From an uncultured Chitinophagales bacterium (GTDB lineage Bacteria > Bacteroidota > Ignavibacteria > UBA10030 > UBA6906): a stretch of DNA of 64,000 nt. The stretch lies in assembly GCA_964444145.1 (NCBI GenBank), contig CAYUFU010000005.1:1667-65666 (forward strand), read 5' to 3'. Below the pieces are notes generated by a model. It saw nothing but the letters and a program-made list of their open reading frames with translations. It had not been told where the DNA came from and made no database searches. Each line of letters begins with the position of its first letter. Positions within the stretch are counted from its first letter, which is position 1. Shown one piece after another: positions 42,177-53,292 of this stretch. Made by a program: the position numbers and the translations under genes.

Positions 42177-44900
42177 ATGTCAGAAACGGTAGAAAAGAAA
42201 AAGAAGATCTATAACATTGCGAAAGAACTGAATCTTTCGCACGAAACCGTTGTCGCGTTCTTGAAAAAGAAGGGGCACGAGGTGAAGGGCCACATGTCGC
42301 CGGTGGACGATGAGATGATGCGCGACATCCTTCAGCATTTCAAGAAAGAAAAAGAGACGGCTGAGAAGCATCAACGAAAAGTTTCGGAGATGCGTGAGAT
42401 CAAGCGGAAGGTCGAAAAGAAGGCCGAAGAGTCTCTGCCGCGTCGTGTGGAAGAAGCGCCGCGCCGGGTCGAGGTGGAAGAAGTGCGACGCGAGCCGGTT
42501 GCTCCTCCGGCTGTCGTGGAAGAGGTGGCTCCTGCGATCGTCACACCCAGTGTTGAAGTGCAGCCGGTCCAGGAGGTTGCTCCGCCTGTGGGTGTTCCCG
42601 AACCAGTGCCTCTCACGGTCGTCGAAGAGCCTGTCGAAGAAGTTGCCGTACCTGAAGGGCGCGTACCAGAGGTGAAGGAAGAGAGTGAGTACGTGTCACC
42701 ACTCGAAGAAGAGCGACGAAAAAAGGTCGGCCTCACCGTCAAAGGCAAGATTGATCTCACCCCGACGCGACCACCGAAACGGCAGGCAAAGCCAAACGCT
42801 CCGGTTGCTGGCAAAGGACGAGCGGTTGTACAGAAACAGCCGGTTGCGCCGGCGGTCGAGCTGCCCAGCGAGGATGCTGAGCACAAACGGAAGAAAAAGA
42901 AAAAAATTCGTCTCGGCGAAGTGCCCGAAGCGCCGATCGAAGTTGATACGCTCGAGCGTAAAAAGAAGAAAAAGAAAAAGCTCCGACACACCGAAGTCAG
43001 TCAGGAAGAAGTGAAGGACGCGATTCGACGCACGTTTGCGACGATGGACGATACGCCGATGGTCAGCCGCGCCCTCTTCAAGAAAAAGAAGCGGAAAGAA
43101 CGCGAGGAGGAGGAGCATCGCCTGCAGGAAGAAGCCCAACGCGAGGCGGGCAAGCTGCGCGTGACGGAGTTCGTTTCAGTCAGCGACTTGGCGAACCTGA
43201 TGAAGGTCAACGTTGCCGATGTGATCAAAAAGTGTATGGAACTCGGCATCATGGTCTCGATCAATCAGCGGCTGGACAAGGATACGATTACGCTGGTTGC
43301 AGACGAGTTCGGATATCAGATTTCGTTCTATGAAGAAGTGACGGAGGAGGAAGTTCTTGCCGATGTCGAAGACGCACCGGAACTCCTCGCTCGTCGTCCG
43401 CCTGTCGTTACCATCATGGGACATGTTGATCACGGCAAGACGTCTCTGCTCGATTACATTCGACGAGCGAATGTCGTCGCAGGAGAATCGGGGGGCATTA
43501 CGCAGCACATCGGCGCGTATGAAGTGACCACGAGTTCAGGCAATCACATTACGTTTCTTGACACGCCCGGTCATGAGGCGTTCACGGCAATGCGCGCCCG
43601 CGGTGCAAAGGTTACGGACATTGTCGTTCTCGTCGTTGCCGCGGACGACAGCGTGATGCCGCAAACGCTCGAAGCGATCAGTCACGCCCAAGCCGCCGGT
43701 GTTCCCATCATCATCGCTATGAACAAGATTGACAAACCGGACGCCCACCCTGATCGCATTCGCCAACAACTGTCCGAGAAAAATATTCTCGTGGAAGAAT
43801 GGGGTGGCAAATATCAATCGGTCGAGCTCTCGGCAAAAACCGGAAGGAATGTTGACGTCCTTCTGGAAAAAATTGCACTTGAAGCGGAAGTGTTGGACTT
43901 GAAAGCGAACCCGAACCGCGCTGCGCGCGGCACGATCATCGAAGCGCAATTGGATAAGGGAAAAGGTGTGACGGCGACCGTGCTTGTGCAAAAGGGAACT
44001 CTGCGTATCGGCGACCCGTTCCTCGCGGGAATTTACAGCGGGCGCGTACGCGCAATGTTCGATGAACGAGGCAACCGCGTCGAAGCGGCAGATCCCTCAA
44101 CGCCTGTCCAACTGACCGGGCTTGACGGGTTTCCGCAAGCGGGCGATACATTCATCGTGATGGAATCGGAGCGTGTTGCGCGCGAAGTCAGCCTGCGTCG
44201 CCAACAACTGAAGCGTGAGCAGGATTTCCGCCAGATTCGCCTCACGACGCTTGATGACATCTCGCAGCAAATCAAAGAAGGGCAAGTCAAAGAGCTTAAC
44301 GTCATCGTCAAAGGCGATGTCGACGGCTCGGTCGAGGCGCTCTCCGATTCGTTGATGAAGATTGACCACAAGGAGGTGAAAGTGAAGGTGGTGCATAAGG
44401 GCGTCGGGTCGCTCTCGGAGTCGGACATTATTCTTGCTGCGGCTTCGCGTGCGATTATCATCGCGTTTCGTGTGCGACCGAATCTCAACGCACGACGCCT
44501 CGCCGAAAAAGAGAACGTGGACATTCGTTCGTACTCGATCATTTACGACGCGATCAACGACGTGCGCAAAGCGCTGGAAGGATTGCTCGCGCCGGAAACG
44601 AAAGAGGAAATTACCGCCACCGTCGAAGTACGCGAAGTCTTCAAGGTTCCGAAAGTCGGTAACATTGCAGGCTGCTACGTGCAGGACGGCAAGATTATGC
44701 GCAACAACAAAGTGCGCCTTGTCCGTGACGGCATCCAGATGTTTGAGGGTGGAATTTCGTCGCTCAAGCGTTTCAAAGAAGACGTGCGCGAAGTGGAAGC
44801 AGGCTTCGAGTGCGGTATTGGGCTGGAAGGGTTCAACGATATCAAAGTGGGCGACTCTATCGAGGCGTTCAAAATTGTCGAGACAAAACGGAAGCTGTAA
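42177..44900 (+). CDS. infB: Translation initiation factor IF-2
   Basis: 907-aa ORF with a low-complexity Lys/Glu/Pro N-terminus and a G domain ([24 protein letters not shown]). Confidence 0.95.
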   Translation: MSETVEKKKKIYNIAKELNLSHETVVAFLKKKGHEVKGHMSPVDDEMMRDILQHFKKEKETAEKHQRKVSEMREIKRKVEKKAEESLPRRVEEAPRRVEVEEVRREPVAPPAVVEEVAPAIVTPSVEVQPVQEVAPPVGVPEPVPLTVVEEPVEEVAVPEGRVPEVKEESEYVSPLEEERRKKVGLTVKGKIDLTPTRPPKRQAKPNAPVAGKGRAVVQKQPVAPAVELPSEDAEHKRKKKKKIRLGEVPEAPIEVDTLERKKKKKKKLRHTEVSQEEVKDAIRRTFATMDDTPMVSRALFKKKKRKEREEEEHRLQEEAQREAGKLRVTEFVSVSDLANLMKVNVADVIKKCMELGIMVSINQRLDKDTITLVADEFGYQISFYEEVTEEEVLADVEDAPELLARRPPVVTIMGHVDHGKTSLLDYIRRANVVAGESGGITQHIGAYEVTTSSGNHITFLDTPGHEAFTAMRARGAKVTDIVVLVVAADDSVMPQTLEAISHAQAAGVPIIIAMNKIDKPDAHPDRIRQQLSEKNILVEEWGGKYQSVELSAKTGRNVDVLLEKIALEAEVLDLKANPNRAARGTIIEAQLDKGKGVTATVLVQKGTLRIGDPFLAGIYSGRVRAMFDERGNRVEAADPSTPVQLTGLDGFPQAGDTFIVMESERVAREVSLRRQQLKREQDFRQIRLTTLDDISQQIKEGQVKELNVIVKGDVDGSVEALSDSLMKIDHKEVKVKVVHKGVGSLSESDIILAAASRAIIIAFRVRPNLNARRLAEKENVDIRSYSIIYDAINDVRKALEGLLAPETKEEITATVEVREVFKVPKVGNIAGCYVQDGKIMRNNKVRLVRDGIQMFEGGISSLKRFKEDVREVEAGFECGIGLEGFNDIKVGDSIEAFKIVETKRKL

Positions 44901-45271
44901 TGTCAATTCGTACCGAGCGCGTTGCGTCGCTCATCAAGGAAACGGTCGGCGTGATTGTGTCGCGCGAGTTCAGCGGGTCGGAGTTTGGGTTCATCACCGT
45001 GACGGAAGTGCGCATGTCGCCCGACTTGAAGATTGCGAAAATCTACTTCAGCATTTTCGGATCGGCGGATAAGCAGGCAAGCACGATGGCGATGCTCGAA
45101 GAGCAGAAACAGCACATTCGCGGCGAAGTTGCTCATCGCGTGCGGCTGAAGTTCGCTCCCGCGTTGCAATTCTATCACGACGCAACGATGGATGAAGTGG
45201 ACCGGATCAATAAGCTCATCAACAAGATTCACGAGGACGATGAACAGATTCACGGTAAGTCAACATCGTGA
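44900..45271 (+). CDS. rbfA: Ribosome-binding factor A
   Basis: The ATG overlaps the infB stop (TAATG). Sequence [14 protein letters not shown]...VTEVRMSPDLKIAKIYFS. Confidence 0.9.
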   Translation: MSIRTERVASLIKETVGVIVSREFSGSEFGFITVTEVRMSPDLKIAKIYFSIFGSADKQASTMAMLEEQKQHIRGEVAHRVRLKFAPALQFYHDATMDEVDRINKLINKIHEDDEQIHGKSTS

Positions 45272-45349
45272 TGGTTGCGAAGGAATGCTCTCCCTTCTCG
45301 CCACGCCCATCGGCTTGTTGCTGGTCGAACGCTTCATCGCAATGGCTGC

Positions 45350-46324
45350 ATGATTCTCGCACGCTCCATCGGTGAGTTGACACGAGAGAAGAACTCTGTT
45401 GTAACGGTGGGGACGTTCGACGGCGTGCATCGCGCACATCAAGAAATCGTTCGCGAGGTTGTGCATCGGGCGAAGACGAAGGAGGGACGAAGCGTCGTCG
45501 TCACGTTCGATCCACATCCCAAAGAGGTCGTCGGCGAATTCGCGGAGCCGATTCAACTGCTCACAACGATTGATGAGCGGGCCGAATTGCTCGATGCCCT
45601 GCAGGTGGACGTGCTGTTCGTTATCGAATTCACGAAGGAGTTCTCCCGTCAGACGGCGCGTGAATTCTTCGAGCGTTACCTTATCAACGGAACTGGTGTG
45701 AGCGAAGTCGTTGTTGGGTACGACCACAAGTTTGGGACGAAGCGTCAAGCAAGCACCGAGGCGTTGGTGCGAATGGGAGAGGAATTCGATTTTTCCGTCT
45801 TCGCGTTTCATCCCTACACGGTGAATGGAGAAGTCGTCAGCAGCACCGTCGTGCGTCGTGCGCTGTTGAAGGGAGACGTGGAACGGGCGAACGCGTTCCT
45901 CGGACGTGCGTACTCGATGCGAGGAACAGTGGTGGCGGGCGACGGGCGCGGACGTACGATTGGCTATCCGACGGCGAACATCGAGCCTGAGACGCGCAAG
46001 AAACTCATTCCGGCAAATGGCGTCTATCTGGTTGGCGTTCAAGTAGGCGAAAAGGAATACTTCGGGATGATGAACATCGGCGTGCGACCGACAGTGACCG
46101 ATGGAACGCGCCATGTGATGGAAGTGTACGTGTTCGACTTTTCAGGTGACCTCTATGGGAAACGCCTTCGGGTTTCGTTTCTCCGGAAGCTGCGCGACGA
46201 ACAGAAGTTTGCATCGTTGCAGGAGTTGATTACGCAACTTGGCAAGGACGAGACTATTTCTCGGAAATACATCTCCGAGATTATACAACGACAAAAAGAC
46301 AACTATTCAGTTTCAAATCCATAA
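45350..46324 (+). CDS. ribF: Bifunctional riboflavin kinase / FMN adenylyltransferase
   Basis: Internal ATG 45350 (MILARSIG...). Motifs [15 protein letters not shown] and [10 protein letters not shown]. Confidence 0.9.
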   Translation: MILARSIGELTREKNSVVTVGTFDGVHRAHQEIVREVVHRAKTKEGRSVVVTFDPHPKEVVGEFAEPIQLLTTIDERAELLDALQVDVLFVIEFTKEFSRQTAREFFERYLINGTGVSEVVVGYDHKFGTKRQASTEALVRMGEEFDFSVFAFHPYTVNGEVVSSTVVRRALLKGDVERANAFLGRAYSMRGTVVAGDGRGRTIGYPTANIEPETRKKLIPANGVYLVGVQVGEKEYFGMMNIGVRPTVTDGTRHVMEVYVFDFSGDLYGKRLRVSFLRKLRDEQKFASLQELITQLGKDETISRKYISEIIQRQKDNYSVSNP

Positions 46325-46334
46325 GGAACGTTCA

Positions 46335-46604
46335 ATGGCAATAACAAAAGAAATGAAAGCGGAGATCATCAGAAAATACGGCAAGACGCCGCAGGACACG
46401 GGCACGCCGGAAGTGCAAGTCGCTTTGCTCACGGCGCGCATCAATGATCTTACGCCGCACTTCGACAAGTTCAGCAAGGACCATCATTCGCGGGTCGGCT
46501 TGCTTCGGATGGTTGGGAAACGCCGTCGCTTACTCGATTACCTACAAGAGAAGAATATCGAGCGATACCGAAAACTGATTGCTGATCTCCAGATCAGAAA
46601 ATAA
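46335..46604 (+). CDS. rpsO: 30S ribosomal protein S15
   Basis: 89 aa starting at ATG 46335: [16 protein letters not shown]...[22 protein letters not shown]. Confidence 0.95.
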   Translation: MAITKEMKAEIIRKYGKTPQDTGTPEVQVALLTARINDLTPHFDKFSKDHHSRVGLLRMVGKRRRLLDYLQEKNIERYRKLIADLQIRK

Positions 46605-46641
46605 TCTCCATACACTCATTCAAGAAAGTTGATAGAGCAGA

Positions 46642-48756
46642 ATGAAAGTCACAAAAGAAATTACGATCGGCGGAAAACCGTTCTCGCTTGAAACGGGACG
46701 TTTTGCCAAGCAAGCCGACGGTGCGGTGATGGCTCGCTTTGGTGAGACGATGGTGCTTGCCACCGTCGTTGCGGCGAAGGAAGAAAAAGAAGGCTTCGAC
46801 TATTTTCCTCTCCAGGTAGAATATCGTGAGAAGGCGGCGGCGGCAGGGAAAATTCCCGGCGGCTTCCTCAAACGCGAGGGTCGCCCATCGGAGAGCGAAA
46901 TCTTGTCGGCGCGGTTGATTGACCGCCCTATTCGTCCAATGTTCCCCGAGTGGTTTCGGTGCGAAACGCAAGTCATCGTTACCGTCTATTCGTCCGATCA
47001 ACAACACGATGGGGATACGATCGGTGCTGTTGCGGCATCGGCAGCGTTGTGCATATCGGATATTCCGTTCGAGGGACCGATTGCCGAAGTGCGCGTCGGT
47101 CGCATCAATGGGCAGTTTGTCATCAACCCGACCTACACCGAGCTGCAACAAAGCGATATGGATGTGACGGTCGCAGGAACGGAAGATTCCATTGTGATGG
47201 TGGAAGGGGAATCGTCTGAAATTTCGGAAGGTGACTTGCTTGCCGCGCTTGCGTGCGGGCATGAGCACATCAAAGCGCTGTGTCGGCTGCAAGTGGAACT
47301 CATGCGCGAAGTTGCCAAGCCCAAGCGCGTACCACCCGCAACGAGTGACACGTCGGACTTGACCAACGCTGTGAAAGAAGTGGTCGGCGATACGTTGCGC
47401 ATACTTGCGCATACGCCTCTTCTAAAGGAAGAGCGAGCTGCCCGGACCTCTGCCATTTACCAAGAAACTCAAACCACTTTAGCCGAACGATTCCCCGAAC
47501 AGGAACAAGCAATTGCCGATGTGCTGCATCATCTCGAGTACGTCGAGATGCGCGAGATGATTCTCAGTCAGAAAAAGCGCCTCGATGGGCGCGGCTTGGC
47601 GGACATCCGTCCGATCGCCATCGAAGTCGGATTGCTTCCTCGCACGCATGGCTCAGCACTCTTTCAGCGCGGTGAAACGCAAAGTCTCACCACAATCACC
47701 TTAGGCACAAAACTCGACGAGCAAATTATTGACGGCTTGATGCCGGAAACGTCGAAGAAGTTCATGCTGCATTACAACTTCCCGCCGTTTTCCGTCGGTG
47801 AAGTTGGCAAACTCGGCACAACCGGACGGAGAGAAATCGGACACGGCAATCTTGCCGAGCGCGCGCTGAAGAAGATGATGCCGAGCGAAGCGGAGTTTCC
47901 CTACACGGTCCGCATTGTCTCGGATATTCTCGAATCCAACGGCTCATCCTCGATGGCGACGGTCTGCGCCGGAACGCTTGCACTGCTCGACGGCGGCATC
48001 CCGATAAAAAAATCTGTCGCTGGTATCGCGATGGGATTGGTGAAAGAAGGTGAGCGCATTGCAATTCTGAGCGACATTCTTGGCAATGAGGATCATCTTG
48101 GCGATATGGATTTCAAAGTGGCGGGAACGCAGGACGGCATCACGGCATTTCAGATGGATATCAAGATTCGCGGCATCTCACTGGGGATCATGAGCGAAGC
48201 CTTGGAACAAGCGCGCACAGGGCGGATGCACATTCTTGGCAAAATGAACGAAGTGATTGCCAAGCCGCAGGCAGACCTCTCGCCGTTCGCGCCGCGATTG
48301 ACCACCCTGAAAATCCCCGTTGACCTGATCGGCGCGTTGATCGGACCCGGCGGAAAGAATGTCCGTCAAATTGTGAAGGATAGCGGCGCAGAAGTGAACA
48401 TCGAAGACGATGGAACTGTTGTCGTCGCGGCAACATCGAAGGAATCTGCGGACAAAGCGATCCGCGAAATCAACAAGATCACGGACACACCGGAAATTGG
48501 GAAGGTCTATCGTGCGAGGGTAACAAAGGTCATGGACTTTGGTGCGTTCGTCGAATTCTTGCCCGGCAAAGAAGCCCTCGTTCATGTTTCGCAGCTTGAC
48601 ATCAAACGCGTTAATAAGCCATCCGATGTTGTCAAAGTCGGTGATGAGTTCGACGTGAAGATTACTGACAAGGACGACCAGGGACGCTGGAAACTCAGCC
48701 GTAAAGTCTTGATGCTGGAACAGCAGAAGCAGGAAAAAACGCCGGCACAGGTTTAG
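46642..48756 (+). CDS. pnp: Polyribonucleotide nucleotidyltransferase (PNPase)
   Basis: 704-aa ORF with two RNase PH domains, then KH and S1 domains (GKVYRARVTKVMDFGAFVEF). Confidence 0.95.
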   Translation: MKVTKEITIGGKPFSLETGRFAKQADGAVMARFGETMVLATVVAAKEEKEGFDYFPLQVEYREKAAAAGKIPGGFLKREGRPSESEILSARLIDRPIRPMFPEWFRCETQVIVTVYSSDQQHDGDTIGAVAASAALCISDIPFEGPIAEVRVGRINGQFVINPTYTELQQSDMDVTVAGTEDSIVMVEGESSEISEGDLLAALACGHEHIKALCRLQVELMREVAKPKRVPPATSDTSDLTNAVKEVVGDTLRILAHTPLLKEERAARTSAIYQETQTTLAERFPEQEQAIADVLHHLEYVEMREMILSQKKRLDGRGLADIRPIAIEVGLLPRTHGSALFQRGETQSLTTITLGTKLDEQIIDGLMPETSKKFMLHYNFPPFSVGEVGKLGTTGRREIGHGNLAERALKKMMPSEAEFPYTVRIVSDILESNGSSSMATVCAGTLALLDGGIPIKKSVAGIAMGLVKEGERIAILSDILGNEDHLGDMDFKVAGTQDGITAFQMDIKIRGISLGIMSEALEQARTGRMHILGKMNEVIAKPQADLSPFAPRLTTLKIPVDLIGALIGPGGKNVRQIVKDSGAEVNIEDDGTVVVAATSKESADKAIREINKITDTPEIGKVYRARVTKVMDFGAFVEFLPGKEALVHVSQLDIKRVNKPSDVVKVGDEFDVKITDKDDQGRWKLSRKVLMLEQQKQEKTPAQV

Positions 48757-48784
48757 GGAAATGATGTTCTCTCTGGGAGGAATC

Positions 48785-50332
48785 ATGAGAATTTCGTGGC
48801 TTGCCGTCGGCATTCTCACGGCGCTTGCGGTTGTGGGTCCGATACACGGTCAGAGTTTTCATGAAAAATTTTCTTACGGTGCTCGCCTTGGTCCCAACCT
48901 TTGGCTGAACGACTTGAACGACCGACGTGTCGGCTTTGGGGCGGAAGCCTTTGCCCGTTGGGGAGTCACACGCAGCGCGGCGGTAGGGGTGGCGCTCTCC
49001 TTCGAATCGCTCAAGTCCGCTCAGGTGCCGCCAACGGCGCCGGTGCCCTACCTCGGCCTCTCTGCATTTCAAGGAGCGGCAACAAGCTGGATTTTCCTTT
49101 CCTCGTCAAGGAAGTTCGTTCCTTATCTCAGCGCCGGTGTTGGAGGCATGATCTACGCGCGCAAAGCAGGGGATGGGTTGGTATATCCCGGTGAGCGGGC
49201 TGGCTTCTCACTCGTCATACCGGTTGCTGTCGGCTTCGAGGCGTTCGTGAAAAAGGACTTCTCCATTTCGTTCGATCTCGGCTATCGCATTCTCAATAGC
49301 TCCACGGACGACAATCCCGCCGGTTCCGACTCGTATCCGACGGTGAAGCTTGGTATCGGCTTCTTGGTTGGTTCGAACGCGGATGACGATGATGATGGCG
49401 ATGGACTGACAAATGGAAAAGAGGCTGATCTCGGGACCGACCCTGAAAGCACGGACAGCGATAGAGATCTTCTCAACGACGCCGATGAAGTGCGTACGTA
49501 CAAAACGCTCCCGCTCAAAGCCGATACCGACGCCGACGGGCTTGTGGATGGTGACGAGGTCTGGCGATTCAGAAGTGATCCTCTCAAAGCCGATTCCGAT
49601 GGCGATGGATTGAATGACGGCGATGAGATTTACAAGCACAACACAGATCCTCTCAAAGCGGATTCCGACACAGATGGCTTGAGCGATGGTGAGGAAGTTC
49701 TTGGCTACAAGACCAATCCCCAGAAAGCCGATTCGGATGGCGACACGGTCAGCGACCAAAATGAGATTTTCCTGTACAAGACCAATCCCATCAACGCCGA
49801 CACAGACGGCGGTGGGGTTGATGACGGCGTCGAGATCCGTCGAGTAACAAATCCGCTGAACCCCTCAGACGATTTGGGCAGGCGCGGAGAGGCTGCTAAG
49901 GTGCCTGCCCCACCTGCGCCGGCAAAAATGGACACAGCAAAAACGGCACCCGTCGTCGTGCCGCCAAAGGATACCAGCAGTGCAGAAATCGGAAAGCCGT
50001 ATGTGATCGAAGGGTTGACGTTTAGGCCATGGGGATCGGAGATTACTTCCGAGAGCGAAGGGTCTCTCGAAAAACTCTTACAGCTGATGTCGTTGAACCC
50101 GACGATGGAAGTAGAAATCCGCGGACACACGGACGGAGGCGGTTCTCGTGAGCAGAATATCACGTTGTCGCGTAATCGCGCTCGCGCCGCGCGCAACTGG
50201 CTCGTGAGGCAAGGCATCGAGCGCTCGCGCATTTCGGTGAAGGGCTTTGGTCCGGACCAGCCGATCGCACCCAACGACACCGACGAGAACAAAGCGAAGA
50301 ATCGCCGCATCGAGTTTGTTCGAACGAAATAA
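48785..50332 (+). CDS. OmpA-family outer-membrane protein with thrombospondin type-3 repeats
   Basis: GGAGG SD before ATG 48785, then a signal peptide. Repeats of the DSDGDGLxDGDE type, followed by a C-terminal OmpA domain (GHTDGGGSREQNITLSRNRA...NRRIEF). Confidence 0.85.
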   Translation: MRISWLAVGILTALAVVGPIHGQSFHEKFSYGARLGPNLWLNDLNDRRVGFGAEAFARWGVTRSAAVGVALSFESLKSAQVPPTAPVPYLGLSAFQGAATSWIFLSSSRKFVPYLSAGVGGMIYARKAGDGLVYPGERAGFSLVIPVAVGFEAFVKKDFSISFDLGYRILNSSTDDNPAGSDSYPTVKLGIGFLVGSNADDDDDGDGLTNGKEADLGTDPESTDSDRDLLNDADEVRTYKTLPLKADTDADGLVDGDEVWRFRSDPLKADSDGDGLNDGDEIYKHNTDPLKADSDTDGLSDGEEVLGYKTNPQKADSDGDTVSDQNEIFLYKTNPINADTDGGGVDDGVEIRRVTNPLNPSDDLGRRGEAAKVPAPPAPAKMDTAKTAPVVVPPKDTSSAEIGKPYVIEGLTFRPWGSEITSESEGSLEKLLQLMSLNPTMEVEIRGHTDGGGSREQNITLSRNRARAARNWLVRQGIERSRISVKGFGPDQPIAPNDTDENKAKNRRIEFVRTK

Positions 50333-50336
50333 CTCT

Positions 50337-51239
50337 ATGCGCTACTGCAGATTGATTTGGGGGATTGCTCTGCTTACAGCACTCAGGTTCTCGAGCGCAA
50401 CCGCCCAACATCAAATCGGACGATGGATGTTCGGCGCACATGCCGATGCGAACATGTGGTTCAACGATTTGAATCAGCGCATCGTTGGCTTAGGTGGAGA
50501 CGCAACGGTACGCTACGGGGTGGCGCGCGACCTCTCCTTCGGTGTCGAATTCGGTGCCGAGCGACTGAAGACGGGGCAAAACCCAGTTACCGTACTTAGA
50601 CCGTACGACTATTTCCGTCTCGACGCGATTCATTTCACACTCCTCGGGTATTATCATTTCCTGCCCGGTAATCCGGCGGCGCCCTATGCCTTTGTCGGCA
50701 TCGGCATTTCTCCCTATTCATCACACGCACCAATCAACAACTTCACGTGGAGGCAGACCTCCGTTCGCATTCCGTTCGGCATAGGCATCGAGACCTTTAT
50801 TCAACGAGGTGTTGCCTATGATTTCAATGTCGGTTATGTCGTGCTCGAAGACCGGACGGAGGCGTTCCTGAGAGGGCTCCCCGACGGCTACATCAACGTG
50901 AAGTTCGGAATGAATTTCTATATCGGCAGCAGCGACGATGAAGATGACGATCGCGACGGGTTGACGAATGCTCAGGAGCGTGAATTACGAACGAACCCGA
51001 CGAATACCGATACCGATGAAGATGGTGTGTCGGACAAAGACGAAGGAATCCTCGGGACGGATCCGCTTCTGGCTGATACGGATAAGGACAGACTGAAGGA
51101 CGGAGAGGAGATCAGAAAGTACTTTACCAATCCCTTGAAAGCCGACAGCGACGGCGATGGGCATGATGATGGGGACGAAGTTTTTCGGGGAAGCGACCCG
51201 AAAAATGCGAAGAGTATTCCTCAGCCAAGGTCCGAATAA
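50337..51239 (+). CDS. Outer-membrane beta-barrel protein with thrombospondin type-3 repeats, no OmpA domain
   Basis: ATG 50337 (MRYCRLIWGIALLTAL...). The N-terminal barrel is paralogous to the previous gene. TSP3-like DTDEDGVSDKDE and DSDGDGHDDGDE. Ends without a peptidoglycan-binding domain. Confidence 0.75.
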   Translation: MRYCRLIWGIALLTALRFSSATAQHQIGRWMFGAHADANMWFNDLNQRIVGLGGDATVRYGVARDLSFGVEFGAERLKTGQNPVTVLRPYDYFRLDAIHFTLLGYYHFLPGNPAAPYAFVGIGISPYSSHAPINNFTWRQTSVRIPFGIGIETFIQRGVAYDFNVGYVVLEDRTEAFLRGLPDGYINVKFGMNFYIGSSDDEDDDRDGLTNAQERELRTNPTNTDTDEDGVSDKDEGILGTDPLLADTDKDRLKDGEEIRKYFTNPLKADSDGDGHDDGDEVFRGSDPKNAKSIPQPRSE

Positions 51240-51307
51240 GCATTCGGAAAAACTCAAACACTTCTCTATCAGCACGGCATCGTGTCAACCCCAACGTGCC
51301 TCTACAT

Positions 51308-53008
51308 CTACAATTTCAATAATTGGTGCTTGAACGCTGCAATATCCAACTCGCCGCTTAACCACTTCACCAATTCCATCCCGTACTTGTTCATGTAATA
51401 AATGATATTGATCTCGCGTTCCTGCAGGTTGCCGTTCGGAAGAAGTCCGCTTGCCGCTTTTTCGATCTGACGGATGGATGTTTCGTTGCGTCGCTTTTGC
51501 GCGGAGATGGATTTTTCTTTGAGGACGTTCAGATTGCCTTCGATCTTGGATTGCACATTCTCGAGGGCCGCAATGAGTGTCGGGTCAATTTCTTTCAAGC
51601 CAAATTTCATCTCGTTGAGCGCCGAGCGCAACGCGTTGCTCGAATTGCCGAACATTTCGTCGAGTTTGATGCTCGAAATCTGCTCGGATACCTTCATGGT
51701 AACTTTGTCGATGTCTTCCAGGAACTCGGTGAAATCCAATCCGTACTTCTCCATTGCCCGCAACAGCCGCTCCTCAACGAACGACGCGCTGGCGCGCGGA
51801 TAAATCACCGGCTGCACAGCGCCGAAGTATTCGTACACAGGCTTCAGTTGTGCATGATACGCCACCTCCGACGGTCCCGCGACGTATGCAACAGTCGGGA
51901 GCAGCATATCTTGGGCGATGGGACGGAGAATAACATTCATGCTCAGCAATTCCGGTGAGTCGGAAGCGATCTTGAGCAACTCTTCCGGCTTGAGGAAATG
52001 CCGCGTCCCCTTCAAGCTGAAATCATTTTCCCCTTCCCTCGGCTGAATAAGATAGCGCCCGCCTTTGTGGAACATGAAGAGGTTGAGCGATTTGGGTTTT
52101 ACCTGAGCATGGTAGTGTTCTTCCAGTTCAGCACTTTGCGCGATCACCATCTGCGTCGTTCGGGGAAACTCGGAAATCTCTTTGAGAAAAAGCGGGGAGA
52201 GAATCTTCTTCAACTCCGGATTGTTCGGCGAAAGAAAGACCAAGCCGTAATCCGCAAAGAGGAAGTTCATCCAATTGGCGAAAGCGTAATTGAATGTTTT
52301 ACCTGCCGCGTAACAATGCTTGATTGCCGCGAGCAGTTGAGGCGAAAAATCACTCTTTTGCATCACTGCCTCTATCTGCGTGTACGTCTGCTCGATGTTG
52401 CCGTCGAAGGCTATCTCGCCAACGGCGCCGAGGTTACGTTCCGGCATCTCGCCGCCGTGGAGGTATTCGACGCGCGTCGGCTTGCTGTCGGCGTCGAGTA
52501 ACGAGACATTGTTCATCTCCGCAAAATCGTGATCCTCGCCTTCGAGCCAAAAGATCGGAACGAAATCGAGCGAGGGATACTTCGCTTTCAGCCGCTCGGC
52601 AAGCTTTATCGCGGTCACTGTCTTGAACACCGTGTAGAGCGGACCACCCATCAGACTTACTTGCTGTCCCGTGACGACTGCATACGTGGTCGGCTTCTCG
52701 AGCAAGTTAATATTGTCGTATGTTCGTTGCGAGGCGCCGTATCCTGTGTTCTGCTCGCGCAAAACTTTCACCAGCGTTGCGCGATTGTAAGACTTCCTTT
52801 CAATGGCGTTGAGAACACTATCGTACGCGTTGTTCTCGCGAAAATTCGAGGGAAAATAGTTCCGCACCTCGTTGAAATCGTACACATAGTCGAAAAACAA
52901 TTGAGAGAATCCGCCCGCTCCGGCGGGGAGCTGACGATAATCTATCCAATCCATCGAGAGGCTAGGAAGTGAGAGCTGTTCTTGACGTGAAGCCTTAGGT
53001 GAGGTCAT
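51308..53008 (-). CDS. bshC: Bacillithiol biosynthesis cysteine-adding enzyme BshC
   Basis: 566-aa ORF (alternative start ATG 52954) with VVTGQQVSLMGGPLYTVFK, which I recognise as the BshC signature, and a coiled-coil C-terminus. Confidence 0.8.
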   Translation of the reverse strand: MTSPKASRQEQLSLPSLSMDWIDYRQLPAGAGGFSQLFFDYVYDFNEVRNYFPSNFRENNAYDSVLNAIERKSYNRATLVKVLREQNTGYGASQRTYDNINLLEKPTTYAVVTGQQVSLMGGPLYTVFKTVTAIKLAERLKAKYPSLDFVPIFWLEGEDHDFAEMNNVSLLDADSKPTRVEYLHGGEMPERNLGAVGEIAFDGNIEQTYTQIEAVMQKSDFSPQLLAAIKHCYAAGKTFNYAFANWMNFLFADYGLVFLSPNNPELKKILSPLFLKEISEFPRTTQMVIAQSAELEEHYHAQVKPKSLNLFMFHKGGRYLIQPREGENDFSLKGTRHFLKPEELLKIASDSPELLSMNVILRPIAQDMLLPTVAYVAGPSEVAYHAQLKPVYEYFGAVQPVIYPRASASFVEERLLRAMEKYGLDFTEFLEDIDKVTMKVSEQISSIKLDEMFGNSSNALRSALNEMKFGLKEIDPTLIAALENVQSKIEGNLNVLKEKSISAQKRRNETSIRQIEKAASGLLPNGNLQEREINIIYYMNKYGMELVKWLSGELDIAAFKHQLLKL

Positions 53009-53041
53009 GCGCTTTGTCTTTGTGAGAAATATAAGTTTATG

Positions 53042-53070
53042 TTGACTTTATATCAATGGATGCCTATATT
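53042..53070 (+). promoter_or_regulatory. Candidate sigma70-type promoter
   Basis: TTGACT (53042..53047), a 17-nt spacer, then TATATT (53065..53070), in the AT-rich spacer upstream of the Rieske gene. Confidence 0.4.
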
Positions 53071-53292
53071 TTGAGTGGTCGGCTGAGGCAATTGCGTACC
53101 ACCTTTCCTGTTTTCGATTCTTCAATCAAATTTCGAATACAACTGTTCTAAACATTTCATGCTGATGTTCGCGCGCAGCAGTTTTGCTCCTGCATATCCC
53201 TGCATTGTTGTTCCAACAACTCACTCACGCTTTTTCATTCGTTCCTTTCACCATTATCCGGCGAAGTCCCTGTATTTCGCGAGGGAAGAAAT

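Noticed and set aside
42371-42991. 206-aa minus-strand ORF opposite the infB N-terminal region
   Set aside because: It is antisense to the low-complexity Lys/Glu-rich IF-2 N-terminus, and its Ser/Thr/Phe-rich composition simply mirrors that bias.
49380-49860. Periodic DNA resembling a repeat array or CRISPR
   Set aside because: The periodicity is the coding sequence of the thrombospondin type-3 repeats (DxDxDGxxDxxE). There are no identical direct repeats with unique spacers. The same holds for 50940..51200 and 53340..53460.
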